Below are positions 28,102 to 37,844 of a DNA stretch of 64,000 bases, piece by piece (the stretch's first letter is position 1; every line of letters begins with the position of its first letter). The stretch spans positions 5,800 to 69,799 of the forward strand of contig JBKSMY010000006.1 in NCBI GenBank assembly GCA_046882065.1. Reading direction: 5' to 3'. The position numbers and the translations under genes were made by a program. Under the pieces are notes generated by a model. That model ran no database searches and was not told the origin of the DNA. It saw only the letters and a list, made by a program, of their open reading frames with translations. The stretch is from Alphaproteobacteria bacterium (GTDB lineage Bacteria; Pseudomonadota; Alphaproteobacteria; Rs-D84).

Positions 28102-28353
28102 CTAGTCGTGTACAGGCTCTGGCGGATCAATATATTTGGTAAAGTCCTGAATTTTTGCACCTGTGGACGACAAAATCTTGGAAATACTGTTGGTGGATGG
28201 CCATCGTGGTTGCCCTTCTTTGGACCAGCGTTTGCTTTTGTTGAACGTCGTCGGGTCCAGACCGCTGCACTTTGCCAGCCCAGAACATGACATACCGTGC
28301 TCTGTTGCAAAGCGTTCTATGGCACGCCACACATCTTCATGTGTCATTTTTCT
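28102..28353 (-). CDS. XRE-like HTH transcriptional regulator (phage-type), start at MTHEDVW
   Basis: GMSCSGLAKCSGLDPTTFNKSKR is an HTH-like segment; the protein is small, as in Cro/CI-like regulators. Confidence 0.4.
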   Translation of the reverse strand, partial: RKMTHEDVWRAIERFATEHGMSCSGLAKCSGLDPTTFNKSKRWSKEGQPRWPSTNSISKILSSTGAKIQDFTKYIDPPEPVHD

Positions 28354-28529
28354 CTCCCTCTTGGTTATGCACCAGAAAAACTTTACGTCTGATACAATGT
28401 TGATTTTATTCCAGAAATCCGGGCAAAACAACAAGTACCATTTCCTAGGAATATTAGGATTTTAATTATACAAAAAATTTTTTTGACAAAACACTTGACG
28501 AATCGATTTTAGTGTACTATATTTTAAAT

Positions 28530-28722
28530 CGTCAAAGGGATAAAACCTGATGACTGATGCGAAAACATCATGTGGGGACCAGAGGTTCAGACTCCCTCCT
28601 ACATTCTCTCTCCTCTGGACTCTGGTGCCCACACCACAGTTTAGAGTGTCCAATTTCTTTTTCTCCTTTCCTTCCTTTCGGGACACTCGGAAATACCGCC
28701 GGCAACGGCGGTGTTTTTTTGT
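28530..28722 (+). ncRNA. candidate small RNA (~190 nt) with own promoter and terminator, CU-rich (anti-SD-like) tracts
   Basis: The promoter is TTGACG (28495-28500) - 17 nt - TATATT (28518-28523). The terminator is accgccggcaacggcggt plus T8 (28695-28720). Internal hairpins include ccagagg..cctctgg and gagtgtcc..gggacactc. CU tracts include ctcctacattctctctcctctgg and tctttttctcctttccttcctttc. The overlapping 61-aa ORF is low-complexity. Confidence 0.35.
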
Positions 28723-28770
28723 TTTGTACAAATAGAAATAAAAACCCCACCATTTGGTGGGGTTGTTTCT

Positions 28771-29655
28771 TTACACGACGTGGCGGCGAATTGCGCTGAA
28801 TATCGCAAACCCCAGCAACAATACCATAATGAACATAAATATAGCCAACGCAATATCATCATGTTCTGCAAACGGCAACCGCACATTCATGCCGTAATAG
28901 CCAACAATTACCGTCGGTATCACCAATAAGATATTCCAGATAGTTAAACGGTTAATGTTTGTATTCGAATCCATGTTAATAACACTTTCGAATGTTTCCT
29001 TAATCGATTTTAACATTTTGCTGTACGATGTCACAACCTCGGTCGCCTGGCCTAATTCGATACGGGCATCTTCGGCCAGTTCTTGGGCCTCGTCCGTTTT
29101 AACAAAACCACGAACCTTTTCTAATTTATCCAACACTGCAATATTACCACGAATGCCCGCCATATACAGGGTATAACTGTTTTCAACTTCTAATAAATCA
29201 AGTAATTCTTTTTTTCGAATACGTTCCAATAACACATGCTTGGACGCGATAACACGTTTATTCAATTCTTTTAACATGCGCAGGTACGATTCCGCAATAT
29301 AGTACAAAATGTTCAAAATGAATTCTTCGCGAGATGTCTTTTCAGACTTTTTAATTTTATCCAATAAATCACAGCGTTTGCGACATACCGTTATAACGCG
29401 GTTTGATGACAGAATAATAGACAATGGTTCTGTATGCCACAATGTGTCTGTTTCACGGTTGATAATTGGGAAACGAACGATGATAACCTTGTAATCATCT
29501 TCAATTTCAAGACGGGGTTGTTCGTCTGGGTCCAAAATGTCAGATATAGTGTCTTCGTCAATCTTGTACTGGGTTTGCAGTTTTTCAAAATCTTCGTGAT
29601 CAGGATTGCCAACATTTACCCAAGAGAATGTTTTTAATTTTTCTGTTACAAACAT
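28771..29655 (-). CDS. corA: CorA-family Mg2+/Co2+ transporter
   Basis: C-terminal two TM segments with the GMN-type signature (YYGMNVRLPF). Start at internal Met MFVTEKL, which has a strong RBS aagggggat. Confidence 0.65.
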   Translation of the reverse strand: MFVTEKLKTFSWVNVGNPDHEDFEKLQTQYKIDEDTISDILDPDEQPRLEIEDDYKVIIVRFPIINRETDTLWHTEPLSIILSSNRVITVCRKRCDLLDKIKKSEKTSREEFILNILYYIAESYLRMLKELNKRVIASKHVLLERIRKKELLDLLEVENSYTLYMAGIRGNIAVLDKLEKVRGFVKTDEAQELAEDARIELGQATEVVTSYSKMLKSIKETFESVINMDSNTNINRLTIWNILLVIPTVIVGYYGMNVRLPFAEHDDIALAIFMFIMVLLLGFAIFSAIRRHVV

Positions 29656-29794
29656 ATCATCCCCCTTTGGCAGATTTAAATCCAGTCTATAATATCGCAA
29701 AAAAATGTTTTTTGCAATAAATTCTGGGAATATAAATTCGTATTTTGTAATAGGCAACTGTGATAATATTATAAAAAACAACAGGAAATATCAC

Positions 29795-30292
29795 ATGGCA
29801 AAAAAATTTAAGACAAATACCAACGCATTCAGTATCGCACACTATATCTTGTTATTTTTGGTCGCAGGATTTAGTATAGCAATAATCGCATGGGTAATGA
29901 TAAAAAATAATAATCATAATCCTGCAAATAACGTATCAGCCAATGTAATTCACATCAAAGATACCGACCCGTGTGTTCAACGAACCCGCGACATGGTGGC
30001 ACGCATGTGGGCATATGACCCAGGAACCGTACCGGAAAAATACTGGAAAATCGCAGAAAACTATCTGTACCAGGTCATCACAACACGCACATATGGCATA
30101 TGCCAAGACGTCGCGTTTACATGCCATGTGGGACAAATTCGCATTGACTGTGATCCATGCGCAGTACCAAGCGCGCGTGATTGGGCACAAAGTATTCATG
30201 TTGCGGATTTAATACGAAAAAACTGTGGCGTGGACGTTAACGAACACGCGATGGAATCAGTCGACGCAACGCATCACCCAATAATTGAATAG
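29795..30292 (+). CDS. membrane-anchored hypothetical protein (start MAKKFKT)
   Basis: RBS acaggaaat. One TM segment (ILLFLVAGFSIAIIAWVMI) followed by a Cys-containing soluble domain. Confidence 0.4.
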   Translation: MAKKFKTNTNAFSIAHYILLFLVAGFSIAIIAWVMIKNNNHNPANNVSANVIHIKDTDPCVQRTRDMVARMWAYDPGTVPEKYWKIAENYLYQVITTRTYGICQDVAFTCHVGQIRIDCDPCAVPSARDWAQSIHVADLIRKNCGVDVNEHAMESVDATHHPIIE

Positions 30293-31004
30293 CATATGGC
30301 GTGTCAGTACGAGTTAAAATTTTTGCCAGTTTGTCCTGGTGTTCCGGGCATAAGACCAGACAACCCGTATCGATATTATACTTATTTGCGCACCAGTTTT
30401 TGAATACCAACTGTTTCTGGTACATGGTGGCGTATTCAGATTGACTTTTGTTCAGCGCGTTGTGGTGCGTGATAAATTCATTGATATCACGGGGATGAAA
30501 CTGAAAACCAACACCCAATAAAAAGTTTAATATCAACCCCCAATCGCGATACATGTGAAAACGCGTTGCGTAATCAAAGCGGGATTGTGGATTCAATGCC
30601 CAAATATACTGGGCATAGTAATAAGACACACGGGCAGCATCGTCAAAAATACGTCTGACCGCGCCGCGATGTCCAAACAGAACACCTAAACTGGGGTCGG
30701 TTGCCAGATTATAATAATATTCCAGTTTATATGCGTCATTGACGATTTTATCGTACGTCAGACCGTCTATGCGATAATCATGGGCAAATTTATAAGTCGT
30801 TTTATAGCCTGCATCACGCAGTTGTTTGTCCAAACTTAGCGCGCTGGATTTTGTATCGGCATATAATTTGATTTGCTTTTTTGCATATTCATCGGGGCTT
30901 GATTTCACACAGGCAACATGTTTGCGCAAATCGGCAGATGTCACCGCGCCTACAGAATCACGCAAATCATTGACCGTAAACATATCACCATTTTGAATCA
31001 TTAT
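30237..31004 (-). CDS. hypothetical protein (~255 aa)
   Basis: ORF track; start placed at internal Met MIQNGDM. Confidence 0.35.
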   Translation of the reverse strand: MMIQNGDMFTVNDLRDSVGAVTSADLRKHVACVKSSPDEYAKKQIKLYADTKSSALSLDKQLRDAGYKTTYKFAHDYRIDGLTYDKIVNDAYKLEYYYNLATDPSLGVLFGHRGAVRRIFDDAARVSYYYAQYIWALNPQSRFDYATRFHMYRDWGLILNFLLGVGFQFHPRDINEFITHHNALNKSQSEYATMYQKQLVFKNWCANKYNIDTGCLVLCPEHQDKLAKILTRTDTPYAIQLLGDALRRLIPSRVR

Positions 31005-31078
31005 ACACCCCCAAGATTGGGAGTATTTTACATACTTATTTTCGTACGTCAATAAAAACCCGCCGGTGGCGGGTGCTT

Positions 31079-32191
31079 TTATCGATTTGTTAACTGTAAT
31101 TCAATACGACGGTTTTTCTGAAGTGCCGCCGGGTCGTTACCCAATTCAACAGGATGCATATCACCAAAGCCACTGGGGACCAGGCGACGTGGCGAAACGC
31201 CCGCATTTGCCAATTCATTCGCAACCGCTGTTGCGCGCAACAAAGACAGTTCCGTGTTGTTTTTATACCCCGCCGTACCAGATATAACCTGTTTCTTGTC
31301 AGTATGACCGTCAACACGAATAATCCAGTTAACGTCAGTTGGGATTTTTTCTTCCATGTCTTTAATCACGTTCGCAATCAAATGCAGTTGACGTTTACCG
31401 TCCGCGGACAATTTGTATGCGCCACTTGGGAATAAAATATCGCTGTTGACAATAAAGCGGTCGCCATCTGACTGAATTGTTGTGCGATCACCCATGGCCA
31501 GTTTAACCGCCTTGTAAAACTCAGACTGATACTGGGACATGTCTTTTAATTCAGCAACCTTGTCCGCCAGGGCACGATTCAAGCGCGTTGACATTTCAAC
31601 ATACCGAATTTCCTGGGCGCGGGATTTTTCTTCGGCTGCATCCAGCGCGGCCTGTAATTTCGCCAACTGGTCCGACAGATTAGCACGCTGGGCCTCCATC
31701 TCGTCCTGTAATAACTTGCGTTCCTGTTCCAGGGCAGCCGTTTTTTCCTTGTCCAGGTTTGCCTGATTCAACTGTGTATTTAATTCAGCCACCATTTTTT
31801 GCAGGTCGTTGCCCTGGGCCTGTAATTCAAGAACCTTGGCTTCGTATGCGGTGATAAGTTCCGCGACGCTTAAATCAACCTCGGCCAATTCGTTGTTCAG
31901 GTCTGCATTAGACTGTTCCAATGATTCCAATTGGTTGCGCGCCAATATCAACAAGCGTTTTGCTTCTTCTTCGTCCATGGTCATTTGCGCAATCATTTCA
32001 GCCTGCTCTGCATTCGTTGCCTTTAATTCTGCAACGGTTTTCGCCCCAGTTGTTTTATTAAACACACTGGTTGTAGTCCACAAAAACACAAAAACTATCA
32101 TCAAAAATATCAAAATGATTACCAGATTCGAAAACAAGTCTACGAATCCTGGCCATGCATTTGTTGATGTACGATAACGAATGTTCATCAT
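31079..32191 (-). CDS. MotB/OmpA-family protein with N-terminal TM, ~200-aa coiled coil and C-terminal peptidoglycan-binding OmpA-like domain
   Basis: TM is LVIILIFLMIVFVFLW, followed by a long heptad-rich region. The C-terminus has the OmpA_C-like motif TDKKQVISGTAGYKNNTELSLLRATAVANELANAGV..RIELQL. Confidence 0.55.
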   Translation of the reverse strand: MMNIRYRTSTNAWPGFVDLFSNLVIILIFLMIVFVFLWTTTSVFNKTTGAKTVAELKATNAEQAEMIAQMTMDEEEAKRLLILARNQLESLEQSNADLNNELAEVDLSVAELITAYEAKVLELQAQGNDLQKMVAELNTQLNQANLDKEKTAALEQERKLLQDEMEAQRANLSDQLAKLQAALDAAEEKSRAQEIRYVEMSTRLNRALADKVAELKDMSQYQSEFYKAVKLAMGDRTTIQSDGDRFIVNSDILFPSGAYKLSADGKRQLHLIANVIKDMEEKIPTDVNWIIRVDGHTDKKQVISGTAGYKNNTELSLLRATAVANELANAGVSPRRLVPSGFGDMHPVELGNDPAALQKNRRIELQLTNR

Positions 32192-32218
32192 GATACTACT
32201 CTCTCTCTTGCTTTTGTT

Positions 32219-32992
32219 TTATATTTCTGAAACAGCCTGTTCCAGTGATTGGACACTTTTAGTTAATTCGCGGGTTGCCAGATTTATCTGGGGCAATATT
32301 TGCGATACTGTGTCCGTCGCGGCAACGCGTGTGTGTGATGCCAAGTAATCTTCTAGTTCGTGATAAATCATATTTTGGGCGGTTTGAACCTGAAGCCCCA
32401 GGAAACCGACAGTCAAACTGCCCCCCAGACCCAGTAACGAACTGGTGAACGCGGTCGCCATACCCGCCAGCGGACGGGACAGCCCAGCCTGCATAGACTG
32501 CAGAACAGTTTCATCAGAAAAGTTCAGATTTCCAATCAATTCTGCAAAACCACCAACCGTCAAAATCAATCCCCAAAACGTTCCCAACAAACCCAAAAAG
32601 ATTAACGTGTTTGTGATGTAACGAACCGATTCACGCGAATCTTCGAATCGCAACAATATCATTTCCATAAAACCATTCAACGTTGTCGCAGAAATCTGTT
32701 TCGGACGCGATGATAACATTTGCGCCACAGGTCGCAATAAATTTGGTGGCAACTTTAACCCACGATGACCAGTTGTATAGCCACGCAACCATTTGTATTC
32801 AGGCAACAGTCCAAACATCAAAATAAAACACAAACCAATTCCAAATAGTGTGGTGCCAATAATAATGCCGTTCAGCCAAATGTTCGCAGCCGAAATCGCC
32901 ATAAAATCCGCCCAAAAATACAACACACCCGCAACCAGCAATGCGGTAAATAATGCCATGCGATTAAGTGCGCCATGAAAATGTTTTGTCAT
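32219..32992 (-). CDS. MotA/TolQ/ExbB-family proton-channel protein
   Basis: 257 aa with 3-4 TM segments and the conserved GLLGTFWGL-type segment of MotA_ExbB proteins. Confidence 0.55.
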   Translation of the reverse strand: MTKHFHGALNRMALFTALLVAGVLYFWADFMAISAANIWLNGIIIGTTLFGIGLCFILMFGLLPEYKWLRGYTTGHRGLKLPPNLLRPVAQMLSSRPKQISATTLNGFMEMILLRFEDSRESVRYITNTLIFLGLLGTFWGLILTVGGFAELIGNLNFSDETVLQSMQAGLSRPLAGMATAFTSSLLGLGGSLTVGFLGLQVQTAQNMIYHELEDYLASHTRVAATDTVSQILPQINLATRELTKSVQSLEQAVSEI

Positions 32993-33060
32993 ATGAACGT
33001 TCCCCCGCTTAATCGTAGGTTAGTAAATTTAACTGAACATTGTCAATAGACTTTATTGCG

Positions 33061-34302
33061 TTATTTACACACTGCCACATAGGGTGGCGCGGAACGCGAC
33101 ATGTCAATTTCGCCCACCCCACAATCCAGACAATTAAAACGACGATTCTGCGCGTGCGATTTGTCCAACGGAACCGCAACATTCACCATCGTTTCGACCG
33201 TTTCTATGTACGCAGGGGACGGAAAACCAAAGTAAAACGCACGACTTGGGCCGCTGCATTCGTCAGCCTGCCCTGGATAACAAAGTGGATCTGTCAAACG
33301 CGCAGGATCCGGAACACACGAAGAAACGCACGTTTCAGCATCAACCACCATACGTTCACAATCTGTACAGGACGTTTGCGGAACACGCAATGTCGCCCCC
33401 AGCGCACCATACACCGCACCAGATGTTATATGTGTACACTTTTTACTGTTTGTGGTTGCGGACGGGTCCATGACACATTCCCATTCCAACGTATTATAAT
33501 TCAAACGCGCAATCATTTTGTCTGGGCAGTTTTTATCCGGGAATGGATCAACACATTCCCAAACGCTGTCCACCATAACCGCCGTTTGAGCATCCGCACA
33601 CAGCGGCTTACGCGTTTCGTCGGGTACACACTCGTACAAATCAGAATCCCATATCATATCACCACCACAATCGGTTTTGGTGTTATATTCAACACATTGC
33701 CAACGACCAAAACGATATGCCTGGGCGGTGCCAACAGGACAAACAATGTCAGGTGTAGGCGCAATATCATATACAACACCCGCATCTGGGATTTCATACT
33801 GGGTCAAATACACCAATTGACCGTCCACCAATTCCATATTCTTTACAATTTCCGCAGGGATTTGACGGCGCATCGACGTTCCACCAGACACTATCATGCC
33901 ATCGTTTAACACACCAAACGTTCCTGCGTCTGAATAATATTTTTCCAGAATTTCCATCATAGCATTATGATCGGTCGTATCAATCGGATGAGTTGCCGTG
34001 ACAATATAACTGAATGCAGGCTTTTTATTTTTTACAATTTCGCATTTTGTGCTTTTTAACTTATTATCCAGACAGATAAATTCGCTGATGATTCCGTTTT
34101 GCTCGATACAAATATCGTTAAAATCCGTGCCGTTAATCTGGGCATTATGTAACGCAGTTGCACACTGGGCCACCGTACGCAGGTCAGAGCGAGAAACCGC
34201 ATATTCTGTTTCATGTTTGGCAACCTTTTGACTGGGTGAATCCATCATATAGTACCCCGCCATAAACAACGCCACCAAAATCATGATAAAAATATTCATC
34301 AT
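33061..34302 (-). CDS. Cys-rich (>30 Cys) membrane-anchored/secreted protein, unknown function
   Basis: N-terminal TM/signal anchor MMNIFIMILVALFMAGYYMM. Dense Cys spacing throughout (CxxC, C-x-C pairs). First gene of a co-directional trio with the MotA/MotB-like genes. Confidence 0.45.
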   Translation of the reverse strand: MMNIFIMILVALFMAGYYMMDSPSQKVAKHETEYAVSRSDLRTVAQCATALHNAQINGTDFNDICIEQNGIISEFICLDNKLKSTKCEIVKNKKPAFSYIVTATHPIDTTDHNAMMEILEKYYSDAGTFGVLNDGMIVSGGTSMRRQIPAEIVKNMELVDGQLVYLTQYEIPDAGVVYDIAPTPDIVCPVGTAQAYRFGRWQCVEYNTKTDCGGDMIWDSDLYECVPDETRKPLCADAQTAVMVDSVWECVDPFPDKNCPDKMIARLNYNTLEWECVMDPSATTNSKKCTHITSGAVYGALGATLRVPQTSCTDCERMVVDAETCVSSCVPDPARLTDPLCYPGQADECSGPSRAFYFGFPSPAYIETVETMVNVAVPLDKSHAQNRRFNCLDCGVGEIDMSRSAPPYVAVCK

Positions 34303-34369
34303 TCCCCCTTGCGATTTATAAAAAGTCTAGGTAATATAAAAACAAATTGCAACAGGAAATGGATGTGGC

Positions 34370-34858
34370 ATGAAAAAAATTTTGTTATTCTTTGTGTTGG
34401 TTGTTGTGTCTGCATGTGGCTTTGAGCCTATGTTTTCAGGACAAGATACAAATATTTATGTAGAACCAATTAGCGGAATTAACGGTATCGAATTACGCAA
34501 TGCACTGTGGGCTAAATTTGGCGGTCAACACGGGGCAGACGCAGCGTATAAACTGACCGTAAAACTAAGCAACCCAAACACACAGTACAAGGCGTTAGAA
34601 AGAACCGGGGACGCAACCTGGCAGGAAGTATCTTTGACCGCGACATATACATTAACACATGACGGGGAACAGATTGCAACCGGCACAGAACGCGCAGCGG
34701 AATCATATACATTTGTACGATACTTGGTTGCGTCAAATGCGTCGTATAATAATGCTGTACAGAACACTATCAATGTTTTAGCAGAAAAGATTGGTACACG
34801 CGCAATCGCAGAAACATATAAATATTCACACAATGTTACAGGTGCGGACGCAAAATAA
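34370..34858 (+). CDS. lptE: LPS-assembly lipoprotein LptE (RlpB-like)
   Basis: Lipoprotein signal MKKILLFFVLVVVSAC, ~160 aa, immediately upstream of holA as in the conserved leuS-lptE-holA arrangement. Confidence 0.55.
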   Translation: MKKILLFFVLVVVSACGFEPMFSGQDTNIYVEPISGINGIELRNALWAKFGGQHGADAAYKLTVKLSNPNTQYKALERTGDATWQEVSLTATYTLTHDGEQIATGTERAAESYTFVRYLVASNASYNNAVQNTINVLAEKIGTRAIAETYKYSHNVTGADAK

Positions 34859-35847
34859 TGAAATGGAAAGACGCTGATTTTAAAGGTGGTATTGATACAA
34901 TCCGTGCTGTTCTGATTTATGGACCCGACGCCGGCCAGGTGGATGAATACTGCGATTTGGCGGTTGAAAAACTGGGGATTGAAAAAGACAATCTGTTTGC
35001 GCTGGATTCAGATGAACTGCGCGAAAAACAAGACGCCCTGTTTGCTGAGGCATGTACCCCATCTATGTTTGGGGGACGGAAAATGGTGATTATTTCCAAC
35101 GCGGGGGACGCATGCGCCAAACAAGTGGCGGATTTAGTTAATCATCCTGGACTGTGCGCAACGGTGATTGTGGCCGCAGGCGACCTGCGTGCGGGGGGCG
35201 GATTGCGTTCCCTGTTCGAAGGTGCCGACAATATGTCCGCATTGGCATGCTATACCGATGATGCGCGAACACTTGCCACATTGATTCGCAACGAATTGTC
35301 GGCAGCCGCCGGGATTCAACAGATTACACCAGACGCAATGGCGTACATGACATCACACCTGGGGGGCGACCGCGGAATTACGCGTGGATTTTTAACAAAA
35401 ATCGCGCTGTATGTTGATGACAAACGAATTGTAGAACTGTCAGACGTGGAAAAATGTTTGCCAGACACAGGGGCAGCAGATTTAGATGATTTTCTGTATT
35501 CCTTGACGGCCGGCCATATTCAGCAAACTATGCAGGCGTTGGACAGACTGTTATACGACAACAAGGAACCAAATATGTTGGTTCGCATGCTGGATGGACA
35601 TTTCAAAAAATTACAAACCGCCGTTGTGGATGGACAATTGCCACGACTGTTCTGGAAAGTAGAAGACAAATTCAAGCAGGCAATTAAAATTTGGCCAGAC
35701 GCAGAAATCACCGCTGTTCTGGTCCGATTAAATGAATTAGAACGCCAACTGCGCACAACCGGTATGCCGGGCGAGGTTTTATTACGCGACTTTGCGTTAA
35801 AACTGTGTGCGCGCGCGGCAAAATTAGCAATCAAAAGAAGGAACTGA
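34858..35847 (+). CDS. holA: DNA polymerase III delta subunit
   Basis: ~330 aa with AAA+-like N-terminus (VLIYGPDAGQVDEY). Position after lptE, start overlapping the lptE stop. Confidence 0.6.
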   Translation: MKWKDADFKGGIDTIRAVLIYGPDAGQVDEYCDLAVEKLGIEKDNLFALDSDELREKQDALFAEACTPSMFGGRKMVIISNAGDACAKQVADLVNHPGLCATVIVAAGDLRAGGGLRSLFEGADNMSALACYTDDARTLATLIRNELSAAAGIQQITPDAMAYMTSHLGGDRGITRGFLTKIALYVDDKRIVELSDVEKCLPDTGAADLDDFLYSLTAGHIQQTMQALDRLLYDNKEPNMLVRMLDGHFKKLQTAVVDGQLPRLFWKVEDKFKQAIKIWPDAEITAVLVRLNELERQLRTTGMPGEVLLRDFALKLCARAAKLAIKRRN

Positions 35848-35853
35848 TAAACT

Positions 35854-36615
35854 ATGTTGGCATCTGTGTACGCACCAAAAGATTTTAAAAGACTGCGCGC
35901 CGCGGGCGATGTTGTGGCACGCTGTTTTGATTTTATTTCCCCGTATATCAAGGCGGGTATTTCCACCGGTGAAATTGACCGTATGGTTGCACAGTTTCTG
36001 AAGGAAAATGGGGCACGGTCATCTGATTTGGGATACCAGGGTTACCCAAAACATATTTGCACATCCGTTAACGATGTTATCGTGCACGGCATCCCAAGCG
36101 ACGAAGTTATATTGAAGGATGGCGATATTGTTAACGTCGATTTAACGGCCGAGTATAAAGGCTTTCATGGTGACGCATCGCGTATGTTTATGATTGGCAA
36201 TGTCACCCCCCAGGCACGAAAATTGGTTCAGGTTTGCCAAGACGCATTGAATGCTGCAATTTCAATTTGTGCGCCGGGTGTGCCGTTGTCTGAAATCGGC
36301 AAGACAATCGAAGCGGTTGTTAAGCCACATGGATTTTCAATATCGCGCGATTTTGTTGGTCACGGTATCGGCAAGGTAATGCATGACGATCCACAAATTT
36401 ATCATTTCTATGATAAACGCTGGGACAAGGTTAAAATGGTCCCGGGTTTGGTATTTACAATCGAACCTATGATTAACACGGGGTCGGCAGAATGCAAGAT
36501 TGATGATGATGGCTGGACTGCACGCACGGTGGATGGTGGACTGTCCGCACAATGGGAACACACAATCGGCATTACCGAAGATGGCGCAATTATTTTCACA
36601 GAAAAAATGGTCTGA
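35854..36615 (+). CDS. map: methionine aminopeptidase type I
   Basis: Metal-ligand motifs are seen in order: GYQGYPKHICTSVNDVIVHGIP, FHGDASRM, VGHGIG and WEHT. Confidence 0.85.
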   Translation: MLASVYAPKDFKRLRAAGDVVARCFDFISPYIKAGISTGEIDRMVAQFLKENGARSSDLGYQGYPKHICTSVNDVIVHGIPSDEVILKDGDIVNVDLTAEYKGFHGDASRMFMIGNVTPQARKLVQVCQDALNAAISICAPGVPLSEIGKTIEAVVKPHGFSISRDFVGHGIGKVMHDDPQIYHFYDKRWDKVKMVPGLVFTIEPMINTGSAECKIDDDGWTARTVDGGLSAQWEHTIGITEDGAIIFTEKMV

Positions 36616-36623
36616 TATTCAAT

Positions 36624-37325
36624 ATGCCAAAACCAGACGAACTGTTTCACGCGGGACACCGCGAAAGATTAAAAGAAAAGTTGCTGAAAGGTCAATTGGC
36701 TGACTATGAAAAATTGGAACTATTGTTGACCTATGCGATTCCACGTCGTGATGTCAAACCATTGGCACGCAGGTTAATCGACCATTTCCAAGGAATATAT
36801 TTTGTATTGCGGGCGCCCATCGAAGAATTGGCCAGGGTACCAGGTATTGGCAAAAACACAGCAATTCTTATTAAACTGTTTCATGAACTGGAACTGGTGG
36901 CGTATGAGCAACGCGCAATGTCTGGTAATTATTTAATGGACGAAAAATATAGATATGAATTTTGTCGCAGCCTGGTCATCAATGAAACCGTCGAAAAATT
37001 CTTTGTATTGTACATGGGCGACAATATGCGGTTGATATACAAAGAAGAACATACCAGCGGTACAATAAATCAAACCGGTGCATATCCACGCGAAATCGCC
37101 AAGAAAGCATTGGAACTGAATGCGTTAAGCGTATTGCTGTTGCACAATCATCCTGTATCCGACAACAGTTTTTCATTTGATGACTGTTGTCTGACCGAAC
37201 ATGTTGAACAGGCATTGGCTGCATTAAATATCGCCTTGGTCGACCATTTAGTACTGGCATCTAATGGCGTTATGCATTCATATCGCGCATCACCATGGCT
37301 GCACAAGAAATCGTTAAAGTCTTAA
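36624..37325 (+). CDS. radC: RadC-family JAB-domain protein
   Basis: Helix-hairpin-helix region (VPGIGKNTAILIK) and the JAMM motif HNHPVSDNSFSFDD. Start at MPKPDELFH. Confidence 0.7.
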   Translation: MPKPDELFHAGHRERLKEKLLKGQLADYEKLELLLTYAIPRRDVKPLARRLIDHFQGIYFVLRAPIEELARVPGIGKNTAILIKLFHELELVAYEQRAMSGNYLMDEKYRYEFCRSLVINETVEKFFVLYMGDNMRLIYKEEHTSGTINQTGAYPREIAKKALELNALSVLLLHNHPVSDNSFSFDDCCLTEHVEQALAALNIALVDHLVLASNGVMHSYRASPWLHKKSLKS

Positions 37326-37835
37326 ATCTGACGGTTCGCCCGCCGACGTTAATGGGGCGTCAGAAAATGGCACTTCGTGAATTGGTACATCTGTGTATAT
37401 TGCGCCAGAATCATAGATATCGAAATCTTCGTATAAATCAAAATTGTCGCGTGTTTTCAATTTGGAATTGCGCGCGTCCAGCAATCGATTCATTTCCGTT
37501 ATGGGTACCGTAATCGTGCGACAGCCACGCGCAAACAAATCATCGCCATAGACTATATTCATTATAGGTTTGGCAATTGATAAAACCCCAAAGATAATTA
37601 TTAAATTGCGCATATTGGTAAAGAAATCATTCTTGGCGCCGCGTATCATTGATATTGCCCATCCGGTCAACAACAATCCCGTCAGTACAAGAATCGCAAA
37701 CCAGGCATAATGCGCAAAAGTTTCAAAACTGCGCAGGATACAAGACGGATCTTCCATATATACAAAATCAGGGTCCACACGCACGTTGTGAAACCCAGAA
37801 TTTGTTAGCAATCGAATAATCGTGTCTGCGTTCAT
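37314..37835 (-). CDS. membrane protein, hypothetical (173 aa)
   Basis: Two TM segments in the middle (FAILVLTGLLLTGWAISMI; LIIIFGVLSIAKPIM). Confidence 0.35.
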   Translation of the reverse strand: MNADTIIRLLTNSGFHNVRVDPDFVYMEDPSCILRSFETFAHYAWFAILVLTGLLLTGWAISMIRGAKNDFFTNMRNLIIIFGVLSIAKPIMNIVYGDDLFARGCRTITVPITEMNRLLDARNSKLKTRDNFDLYEDFDIYDSGAIYTDVPIHEVPFSDAPLTSAGEPSDLRL

Positions 37836-37844
37836 ATCAGCCCA

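Noticed and set aside
28550-28735. 61-aa ORF (MTDAKTSCGDQRF..)
   Set aside because: It is low-complexity CU-rich sequence without an RBS and lies wholly inside a promoter-to-terminator RNA unit. Non-coding sRNA is the better explanation.
31079-32992. Interpreting the MotA/MotB-like pair as a flagellar stator
   Set aside because: No flagellar or chemotaxis genes are visible in the window, and the MotB-like protein has an atypical 200-aa coiled coil. The pair is kept as a generic stator-like pair.
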